64,000 nt of DNA from Patescibacteria group bacterium (GTDB lineage: Bacteria; Patescibacteriota; Patescibacteriia; Patescibacteriales; UBA12075), in contig JAHILH010000003.1 of NCBI GenBank assembly GCA_018897195.1, positions 431 to 64,430 on the forward strand, in the 5' to 3' direction. Position 1 is the first letter of the stretch, and each line of letters starts with the position of its first letter. A program made the position numbers and the translations under genes. Positions 35,640-43,040 of the stretch are shown here, in pieces. The notes under the pieces are model-generated. The model had not been told where the DNA came from. It was given only the letters and a program-made list of their open reading frames with translations, and searched no databases.

Positions 35640-36185
35640 ATGTCACGTTTAGGAAAATTACCAATAAAATTTAATAATAATACTCAAGTACGCGTTGAAA
35701 AGGGATTCGTGATTGTTAAAGGTGCGAAAGGTGAGTTGAAGCAAAAGTTACATCCGTTAATTACAGTAACAGTTGGCGAAAGTGAATTACATGTAAGTAT
35801 TAAGGAAGGTGTTTCAAGAAAAGACAATGCCCTTTGGGGATTATTTTGGAGTTTGTTGAACAATATGGTGAAGGGCGTGACAGATGGTTTTAGCAAGAAA
35901 TTGGAATTGAAAGGTGTTGGTTATAAAATTGCAATTGCAGGACAGAAAGTAACTTTGAACGTTGGTTTTTCTCATCCAGTTGAATTTATTTTACCGACAG
36001 GTATTGCTGGAAAAGTAGAAGCGAACACAATCACAATTGAAGGTATTGATAAGCAATTAGTGGGTGAAATTTCCGCACAAATCAGAAAAATTAAGAAGCC
36101 AGAACCTTATAAAGGTAAGGGCATTAAGTATTCTGATGAGGTGATTGTGAGAAAGGAAGGTAAGACTTCAGCAAAGGGTAAATAA
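35640..36185 (+). CDS. rplF: 50S ribosomal protein L6
   Basis: 181 aa. MSRLGK.PI......V, PEPYKGKGIKY. Confidence 0.96.
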   Translation: MSRLGKLPIKFNNNTQVRVEKGFVIVKGAKGELKQKLHPLITVTVGESELHVSIKEGVSRKDNALWGLFWSLLNNMVKGVTDGFSKKLELKGVGYKIAIAGQKVTLNVGFSHPVEFILPTGIAGKVEANTITIEGIDKQLVGEISAQIRKIKKPEPYKGKGIKYSDEVIVRKEGKTSAKGK

Positions 36186-36215
36186 ATAGTTAAATAGAAA
36201 ACAAATTATAAATAT

Positions 36216-36587
36216 ATGAATATTAATAAAGCTAAAATTGAAAAGAGACTTAAGAGACGCATTAAGATCAGAAAGAAGATTTCTGGCACTGCGACTTGTC
36301 CAAGATTGAGCGTTTTTCGTTCAAATGCGAGCATGTTTGTGCAGATTATTGATGACGTAGCTGGTAAAACTTTAGTAAGCGGTGCTGCCAAGGAAGTTAA
36401 AGGTAAGAAGAGTGAGAGCGCTTTGACGGGCAAAATCTTGACTGGTTTTGAATTAGGCAAGTTAATTGCTGAAAAAGCAAAAGCGAAGAAAGTTGAACAA
36501 GTAGTTTTCGATCGTGGCGGTTATAAATATCACGGTAGAATCAAATCTTTGGCTGAAGGAGCAAGAGAGGGTGGTTTACAATTTTAA
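36216..36587 (+). CDS. rplR: 50S ribosomal protein L18
   Basis: 123 aa. PRLSVFRSN....[29 protein letters not shown]. Confidence 0.96.
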   Translation: MNINKAKIEKRLKRRIKIRKKISGTATCPRLSVFRSNASMFVQIIDDVAGKTLVSGAAKEVKGKKSESALTGKILTGFELGKLIAEKAKAKKVEQVVFDRGGYKYHGRIKSLAEGAREGGLQF

Positions 36588-36620
36588 AATTAATACATAG
36601 AACTAATTTAGATAAAAATT

Positions 36621-37355
36621 ATGTCAAACGATAAAGTAGAAAATAAAATCGAAGCAAAGATTGATACTGATAAGAAGGCAGCTGATGTGGTTGCTAAGTC
36701 TGTTTTTGGTGATAAGAAAAAAAATCAATTTTCTAAAAAAAGAAGACCGGATAGTCGTGGTGAAAGACCGAAAGAAGAATTCGAACAAAGAATTGTTGAT
36801 TTGGCGAGAGTAACTCGTGTAATGGCTGGAGGAAAGAGAATGCGTTTCCGAGCTTGCGTGGCAATCGGTGATAAAAATGGTCGCATTGGAATCGGTTTAG
36901 ATAAGGGCGCTGATGTAACTATTGCGATTTCTAAAGCAGTTAATCAAGCAAAAAAAGTAATGATTGAAGTGCCGATTGTTAATGATACAATTCCTCATGA
37001 TGTTTATATGAAAACTGGGGCTGCGAAAATTCTATTGAAACCAGCTAAGCAAGGTAAGGGTATTATTGCTGGAGGAGCGGCTCGTATCATTTTTGATCTT
37101 GCCGGTATCAAAAATATTTCTAGTAAAATTTTGGGAACAACTAACAAGGTTAGTATTGCTAGAAACGTTATTGAAGCTTTAAGCAGTTTGCGAAAAGTTG
37201 ACAAGAAGGTAGTGGTAAAGAAAGAGGAGGGCGTTAGTGTTGAAAAAGCAGAAGCAGAAGTAAAAGTAGAAAAGAAAGAAGCTGTTAAGGCTGAAAAACC
37301 AGCCACTAAAAAAGTAGCAGCTAAAACTAAAGAAAAGAAAGAAATCAAAAAATAA
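36621..37355 (+). CDS. rpsE: 30S ribosomal protein S5 with N- and C-terminal Lys/Glu-rich extensions
   Basis: 244 aa. The core V.RV.RV..GG.R.RF.A.V..GD..G..G.G..KA.. plus a ~45-aa N-terminal and a ~55-aa C-terminal extension (VKVEKKEAVKAEKPATKK...). Confidence 0.93.
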   Translation: MSNDKVENKIEAKIDTDKKAADVVAKSVFGDKKKNQFSKKRRPDSRGERPKEEFEQRIVDLARVTRVMAGGKRMRFRACVAIGDKNGRIGIGLDKGADVTIAISKAVNQAKKVMIEVPIVNDTIPHDVYMKTGAAKILLKPAKQGKGIIAGGAARIIFDLAGIKNISSKILGTTNKVSIARNVIEALSSLRKVDKKVVVKKEEGVSVEKAEAEVKVEKKEAVKAEKPATKKVAAKTKEKKEIKK

Positions 37356-37385
37356 TAACATCCGCCGCGGCGGTTTAGCAAATTT

Positions 37386-37823
37386 ATGACATTATCATTA
37401 AATACAATTAAATCAAATAAGAGCTTGAAGCAACCTAAGAAGAGAATTGGTCGTGGTAATGGTTCTGGTATCGGCACTTACTCTGGTAAGGGCTTGAAGG
37501 GTCAAAAGGCGCGTGCCGGTGTGAGTGGTTTAAAGAGATTGGGTATGCGACAAATCTTGTTGAGAGTTCCAAAATCAAGAGGTTTTAAATCTTTGAGTGG
37601 GAAAGATCAAGTGCTTAATTTGGACGACTTGAATGTTTTTAAGGATAAGGACATTGTTAATAACAAAGTCTTGAAAGAAAAGGGCTTGATTTCGAAAGAG
37701 GCAATCACTGTAAAGATACTAGGCGACGGTGAGTTGACTGTAAAGGGTTTGACCTTTGAGAATATCAAGATATCAGAAAGTGCTAAAGAAAAAATCACCA
37801 AGTTAGACGGAACAATTTTATAA
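37386..37823 (+). CDS. rplO: 50S ribosomal protein L15
   Basis: 145 aa. K.RIGRG.GSG.G..SG.G.KGQK.R.G. It follows rpsE after only 30 nt, so there is no room for rpmD. Confidence 0.95.
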   Translation: MTLSLNTIKSNKSLKQPKKRIGRGNGSGIGTYSGKGLKGQKARAGVSGLKRLGMRQILLRVPKSRGFKSLSGKDQVLNLDDLNVFKDKDIVNNKVLKEKGLISKEAITVKILGDGELTVKGLTFENIKISESAKEKITKLDGTIL

Positions 37824-37824
37824 A

Positions 37825-37856
37825 TAAAAAAATGTAGCACTGCTACATTTTTTTAT
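37825..37856 (+). terminator. Intrinsic terminator between rplO and secY
   Basis: aaaaaaatgtagca-c-tgctacattttttt. Confidence 0.7.
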
Positions 37857-37917
37857 AGTTGAGAAGCATGAACTTTCAACTATACAAAAAGCCGATTGCT
37901 TTTATATATAAATAATT
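37857..37917 (+). repeat. Two-hairpin intercistronic module, copy E (fully re-coded first stem)
   Basis: agttgagaag-catga-actttcaact (10 bp including one G-U), then atacaaaaagc-cgatt-gcttttatatataaataatt. Confidence 0.6.
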
Positions 37918-37926
37918 AAAAATCAT

Positions 37927-39195
37927 ATGGAAAAGTTTTTACAAATTTGGAAAATTAAGGATCTACGAAAAAATATTTTATTCGTGTTTGCGATGTTGGT
38001 TGTATTTCGTTTTGCGGCACATATTCCTTTGCCGGGCGTAAATGCTGAGGCCTTGAAACAATTTTTTGCATCTAACCAAGTAATGGGTTTGTTGAATGTT
38101 TTTTCTGGTGGAGGTATGGAAAACTTTTCAATTATTATGATGGGTATTGCTCCTTATATTACCGCTTCGATTATTTTTCAGTTATTGGGTATGATTATTC
38201 CAAGTTTTGAAGAAATGCAAAAGGAGGAGTCTGGACGACAAAAGATTAATATGTGGACTCGTTGGTTAACAGTTCCTTTGGCAGCGATGCAGGCTTTTGG
38301 TATGATTACGCTTTTGCGTCGAACGCAAGCAAACATCTTGGGTGATATTTCTGCTTTTGATTTATTGAGTATGGTAGTTGTTGTGACTGCGGGCACAGTC
38401 TTCTTGATGTGGATTGGTGAATTGATTACGGAAAAAAATATTGGCAATGGCGTGTCTTTCTTGATTTTTGCTGGTATTGTATCTGGCTTGCCAATGCAAT
38501 TGCAACAGACAATGGCGACATATAGCGCTGACCAATTATTTACCTTTATTGCCTTTATTGTGATTGCGATTGTGACTGTTGTGGGGGTTATTTATATTAC
38601 AGAAGCGCAACGTAACATTCCCGTGCAGTATGCGAAGCAGATTCGAGGCGGACATGTTCATGGTGGTACTTCTACTCATTTGCCATTGCGTGTTAATATG
38701 GCTGGCGTGATTCCAATTATCTTTGCAATTTCAGTAATTTTATTTCCATCAATGATCGCACAGTTTTTCATTCATGCAAAAACTACCTGGATTGCTAACA
38801 CCGCGGCGCACACTATTACTTTATTCCAAAATCAGTTATTCTACGGTATTTCATATTTTGTGTTAGTTTTTGCCTTTACTTTCTTTTATACGGAAGTTAT
38901 TTTTCATCCTGATCAAATAGCTGAGAATTTACAAAAGCAAGGTGGATTTATTCCTGGTATTAGACCAGGACGTCACACAGCTGAGTACTTATCAAACACA
39001 ACTTACAAAATTATTTCTGTTGGAGCTTTATTCTTGGCTATCATTGCTGTTATGCCCTTGGTGTTGAAATATTTCTCTGGCGTTCAGTCATTAGCAATTG
39101 GCGGCACATCCTTATTGATTGTGGTGTCAGTGGTAATTGAATTGGTAAAGCAGATTGAAGCACAGTTAACAATGCGGGAGTATGAGATAAAATAA
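37927..39195 (+). CDS. secY: Preprotein translocase subunit SecY
   Basis: 422 aa, 10 TM. IPLPGVN..., GIAPYITASIIFQLL, GTSLLIVV. Confidence 0.97.
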   Translation: MEKFLQIWKIKDLRKNILFVFAMLVVFRFAAHIPLPGVNAEALKQFFASNQVMGLLNVFSGGGMENFSIIMMGIAPYITASIIFQLLGMIIPSFEEMQKEESGRQKINMWTRWLTVPLAAMQAFGMITLLRRTQANILGDISAFDLLSMVVVVTAGTVFLMWIGELITEKNIGNGVSFLIFAGIVSGLPMQLQQTMATYSADQLFTFIAFIVIAIVTVVGVIYITEAQRNIPVQYAKQIRGGHVHGGTSTHLPLRVNMAGVIPIIFAISVILFPSMIAQFFIHAKTTWIANTAAHTITLFQNQLFYGISYFVLVFAFTFFYTEVIFHPDQIAENLQKQGGFIPGIRPGRHTAEYLSNTTYKIISVGALFLAIIAVMPLVLKYFSGVQSLAIGGTSLLIVVSVVIELVKQIEAQLTMREYEIK

Positions 39196-39215
39196 GAAAA
39201 TTAGCTTAGCTACAC

Positions 39216-39247
39216 AAAAAACCTGTCCAACGTGGACAGGTTTTTTA
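39216..39247 (+). terminator. Intrinsic terminator after secY
   Basis: acacaaaaaa + cctgtcca-acg-tggacagg + tttttt. Confidence 0.8.
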
Positions 39248-39283
39248 TATTATCAAAATATGTTATAATAAAAAAATAAATAT

Positions 39284-40792
39284 ATGGCAAATACTAATCC
39301 AATTATCGAGGTGAAAAAAGTAAATTTTACCTACAACAAGGGAAAAGATAATGAGTATCAAGCCTTAGCTGATATTAACTTAGATATCTATCCGGAGGAA
39401 TTTATTGCAATCCTGGGGCCGTCTGGCTGTGGGAAGTCTTCGTTGTTAAATATTTTAGCTGGACTGGAAAAGCCGGACGAGGGGATGATTAACGTGATGG
39501 GGCGTGACTTGATGGCCATGAATGGTCGTGAGTTTGCCGATTATCATCGTCTCGAGGTGGGGATGATTTATCAGGCCTATAATTTGATTACTAGTTTGAG
39601 CGTGTTGGACAATGTGGCCCTGCCACAGATTTTTATAAACACTCATCGCGGCAAGCGCAATGCCTTGGCAAAAACGCTTCTAGAAAGATTTGGCATTTTG
39701 GAGCAGGCACATCGTATTCCAACTGAATTGTCTGGTGGACAGCAACAGCGTATTGGCATTGCTCGTTCAATAGTTAATGATCCGAGTTTGATTTTGGCAG
39801 ATGAGCCCGTTGGTAATTTGGACTCAACTTCAGCGGAAAATGTTTTAAATATCCTCAGTGACTTAAATACCAAAGAAAAAAAGACGATTATTATGGTGAC
39901 GCATAATCCAGAAAATGTTATTTATGCTGATCGGATTATTCATATGAAAGACGGGGTGATAATCAGGGAAGAAATTAACGAGAATAAGGGCAAGCCATTG
40001 GCTAAAAAAGAGGACGGAAAAACAGCTAAATCACCAACCGAGGAAATGGCATCCATGCTGCGGACTTATAGCGGATTATCGAATGAACAGATAAATATTT
40101 TGATTATGCCCTATAAGTCAAAGATGTTTGTTAATTATTTTACGTCTGAGAAGAATTATGAGGAAACAAAAGTCTTTGAAGACGCTATTCAACGTCAGTT
40201 GATGGGAACTATTACCAGGGCGGAATTTTTAGATATCTTGCATCGTCCTTCGCGTGATGGCGGTATTGGTTTTGACATTAGGTCGTCAGAAAAGATTATT
40301 AGAAGAATGGATAGAATTATCCGTTTAGCTTATTTTATGCAGCAAAAATTTCATCAGGTGAAGAACGAGCGAGGCGGGCATGAAAAAGTTGTTATTGAGG
40401 AAAAGACACAGAAACTGACTGATTATTTATTAAAAACTTGCTATAATAAGCATTATCAAAATTTAGACGAAGCTCAATTGAGTAGGCTGAAGAGTGCTGT
40501 TAAGGATCGCTTTGAAAACAATATGCAAAAATCGGAATTTTATAATTATTTAGACAAGTCTTTCAAAGAGGATGGGGTGGGCTTGAATAGTAAAACGGCA
40601 CGCGCAATAACGGATGAGATGGAATTGGTTTTAGTAGTTGGCTTTGGTGTTTCGCAAAACGAGAGCATGCGAAAACTTAAATTGGAAAAAGCAGAGAGTG
40701 CTAGCATGGTGTCCAATTCAGCCATGGATTTAGAATCATCTAGGGTGATGAATAGTATTGCAGAGCGCTTAAAGAAAATTAATAATAAATAA
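39284..40792 (+). CDS. MacB/LolD/FtsE-type ABC ATPase with ~270-aa C-terminal extension of unknown function
   Basis: Walker A GPSGCGKSS, signature LSGGQQQR, Walker B ILADEPVGNLD, H-loop VTHN within aa 1-230. aa ~235-502 are a helical-looking region with no recognised family. Confidence 0.85.
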   Translation: MANTNPIIEVKKVNFTYNKGKDNEYQALADINLDIYPEEFIAILGPSGCGKSSLLNILAGLEKPDEGMINVMGRDLMAMNGREFADYHRLEVGMIYQAYNLITSLSVLDNVALPQIFINTHRGKRNALAKTLLERFGILEQAHRIPTELSGGQQQRIGIARSIVNDPSLILADEPVGNLDSTSAENVLNILSDLNTKEKKTIIMVTHNPENVIYADRIIHMKDGVIIREEINENKGKPLAKKEDGKTAKSPTEEMASMLRTYSGLSNEQINILIMPYKSKMFVNYFTSEKNYEETKVFEDAIQRQLMGTITRAEFLDILHRPSRDGGIGFDIRSSEKIIRRMDRIIRLAYFMQQKFHQVKNERGGHEKVVIEEKTQKLTDYLLKTCYNKHYQNLDEAQLSRLKSAVKDRFENNMQKSEFYNYLDKSFKEDGVGLNSKTARAITDEMELVLVVGFGVSQNESMRKLKLEKAESASMVSNSAMDLESSRVMNSIAERLKKINNK

Positions 40793-40797
40793 AGTTT

Positions 40798-42006
40798 ATG
40801 TTAACATTGGATGTATTAAGATTATCAACAAGAATGTTTAGGAGCAATCGGTCGCGGACGATCTTGACTATTTTGGGTATCAGTGTCGGCATTGGCGCTA
40901 TCTTGTTTTTGGTGTCGCTTGGGTATGGCTTACAGCAACTTATTTTAAATAAAATTACCACTTCGGATGCATTATTGAGTCTAGATGTCGCTACCGGTGA
41001 TCTTGATAATCTAAAGATGGATGAAAATTTATTGACAAATATTCGAGGAATTGCTGGCGTTGATAAGGTTAGTCCGCTGCTTACAACGCAATCGCAGGCT
41101 GATATTAATGATATTTCATCAGAGTTGGCCGTTAATTTTTCCGATAGGGACTTTTTCAAACTCGATGGTACGACTTTGAAAATCGGGCGTTTTTATGAAA
41201 ATACCGAAGAGGATAAAGACAAAATAATTATTTCATCAACCGCCTTAAAGCTTTTTAATATTGCCGACGATAAGATTTTTAATACCAATATTAAATTTAC
41301 TTTATTATTACCAAATGTTGTTGAGGGTGCTGACAAGAAATTAAGAAATTCAATTAGTCTCGACAGAGAATTTCAAATTGTTGGCGTGATTGATGATGAA
41401 AGTGCTAGCTATGTCTATATGCCTTTTACCAATAGTGATATTTTATCTGCTAAAAATTTTAGTAAAATCAAGGTGAGAGTTGACATGAAAGAGCGCCTGG
41501 ATTTTGTTAGAAATGCAATTACGGAAAAAGGCTTTACGGTCAGTGCCTTGTCTGATGTTATTGAGCAGGCCAATCAGATATTTAAAATTTTGCAAATTGT
41601 TTTAGCGTCCTTTGGTATTGTGGCTTTGATAGTGTCAGCTATCGGCATGTTTAATACGATGACTATTGCTCTTTTGGAGCGGACGCAGGAAATCGGCATT
41701 ATGAAGGCTCTGGGGGCTACTAGTTTGGATATTTGGAGTATGTTTTTGTCCGAGTCAGTGATTATCGGTTTTCTGGGCGGAGCCTGCGGTATTGGTATTG
41801 GCATGGCCGGTGGCGAAGTGTTTAATTATGGCGTTAATTTTTTAGCGGGCGCAATGGGTGGTAATGGAATTGATTTGTTTTATACGCCCTTATGGTTTAT
41901 CATGTTGATTATTATTTTTTCCACTTTTGTTGGTTTGATTACGGGATTTTATCCAGCTAAGCGCGCTGCTAATATTAATTGTTTGGCGGCGCTAAGATAT
42001 AAATAA
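40798..42006 (+). CDS. FtsX/MacB-family ABC transporter permease
   Basis: 402 aa. N-terminal TM, a ~230-aa extracytoplasmic domain, then three C-terminal TMs with the GxxxALGA motif (MKALGATS). Confidence 0.8.
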   Translation: MLTLDVLRLSTRMFRSNRSRTILTILGISVGIGAILFLVSLGYGLQQLILNKITTSDALLSLDVATGDLDNLKMDENLLTNIRGIAGVDKVSPLLTTQSQADINDISSELAVNFSDRDFFKLDGTTLKIGRFYENTEEDKDKIIISSTALKLFNIADDKIFNTNIKFTLLLPNVVEGADKKLRNSISLDREFQIVGVIDDESASYVYMPFTNSDILSAKNFSKIKVRVDMKERLDFVRNAITEKGFTVSALSDVIEQANQIFKILQIVLASFGIVALIVSAIGMFNTMTIALLERTQEIGIMKALGATSLDIWSMFLSESVIIGFLGGACGIGIGMAGGEVFNYGVNFLAGAMGGNGIDLFYTPLWFIMLIIIFSTFVGLITGFYPAKRAANINCLAALRYK

Positions 42007-42016
42007 AATTTTAATA

Positions 42017-42703
42017 ATGAGGTATCCGCTGTTGTCCCGAGTGTTCTGGACTATGGCGTGGCAAAGCAAATATATGTCAGATTTATCAAATGTAAAAATT
42101 AGAGAAATAATCGAAAAAAATCATTTAGTAGACAACAAAGGAGTAAGAACGGTTGTTGAGAAAATGACTGGTGAAAAATTGAGCAGAGATGGATCAAAAA
42201 AGGAGTTGGGTAAATTTCTTAAAAAATGGGCGGATACAAAAAACAATGAAACAAAAAATACAATATTAAATAATGCAGGATTGAGCAAGTATGGTAGTTT
42301 TAAAAGTTCTAGGGAAAAAATTGATAAGGCTTTTAATAGTAAGAAAATAAAATCATCAAGTGAGTTAAGGGCAGAGGAAAAAATAAGAAAAATAATGATA
42401 AGACGTAATATTGCCGCATCAAGAGCATCGGCTAGCTTTGGTCAACAGAAATCTGAGCGGGGATCCATGTTTATGAAAGATATTAAAGCTCGCGCGCAGG
42501 TTGTTCATCAAGGAGTACATAGTGCTTCAATTGGTGGCGCCAGTACTCGTAAAAATCTTAGTTTTCAAAATGAGAATAATAAGGGCTTGTCGGTGGATAA
42601 GGATGCTTATAAGCCCGCAGGCGGTTTCGGATCTAAAAATAGCGCTGCACCAGGTATAGGTCGTGGTGGGATAGTTGGGTCGATGGGAATGGGTAGATTG
42701 TAA
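42017..42703 (+). CDS. Hypothetical basic protein with Gly-rich C-terminus (start uncertain; alternative ATG at 42074)
   Basis: 228-aa ORF starting 11 nt after the permease stop. Lys/Ser/Asn-rich. No recognised motif. Confidence 0.4.
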   Translation: MRYPLLSRVFWTMAWQSKYMSDLSNVKIREIIEKNHLVDNKGVRTVVEKMTGEKLSRDGSKKELGKFLKKWADTKNNETKNTILNNAGLSKYGSFKSSREKIDKAFNSKKIKSSSELRAEEKIRKIMIRRNIAASRASASFGQQKSERGSMFMKDIKARAQVVHQGVHSASIGGASTRKNLSFQNENNKGLSVDKDAYKPAGGFGSKNSAAPGIGRGGIVGSMGMGRL

Positions 42704-42769
42704 TAAAATAAATCTGTTTTTTATATCTAAATAATGATATATATGTAATATTAGATAAAATTACATATT

Positions 42770-42798
42770 TTGACATTTTTTGATTTTATCTGTATTAT
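42770..42798 (+). promoter_or_regulatory. Sigma-70-type promoter of the aspS T-box leader
   Basis: TTGACA (42770-42775), 17 nt, TATTAT (42793-42798). A 9-bp inverted repeat atatgtaat/attacatat (42741-42768) abuts the -35. Confidence 0.6.
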
Positions 42799-42804
42799 TA
42801 CTCT

Positions 42805-43010
42805 ATATAAAGCCGTTATTATTTTGGCCAACACCAAAAAAGGCGCAGAAAGAAATTTGTCATTTTGGCAAGGAGTAGAATCTGCCGGATAAGCCCCGTT
42901 ATCGCTGTCTAAAAGTGTCCCGATTGTTTGGGAAATGAGGGTGGTACCGCGGGTGAAGACTCGTCCCTGGATGTCATTTTTTTTGATGTTCAGAGACGAG
43001 TCTTTTTTTA
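42805..43010 (+). promoter_or_regulatory. T-box riboswitch leader upstream of aspS
   Basis: Canonical T-box sequence aatgagggtggtaccgcg (42934-42951), preceded by a Stem-III-like hairpin tccc-gattgttt-ggga. Terminator aagactcgtc (42956-42965) / gacgagtctt (42995-43004) + ttttt competes with the antiterminator. Confidence 0.8.
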
Positions 43011-43040
43011 TTAATTATTAATATAAAAATATAAAAATAT

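Noticed and set aside
26512-37477. Long antisense ORFs inside tuf, rplC, rplD, rplB, rpsE and others (for example 26512-26949, 28551-28892, 29062-29571, 37004-37477)
   Set aside because: They lie opposite unmistakable r-protein/EF genes. Their Ser/Thr/Phe/Leu-rich translations are the typical mirror of Lys/Glu-rich coding sequence.
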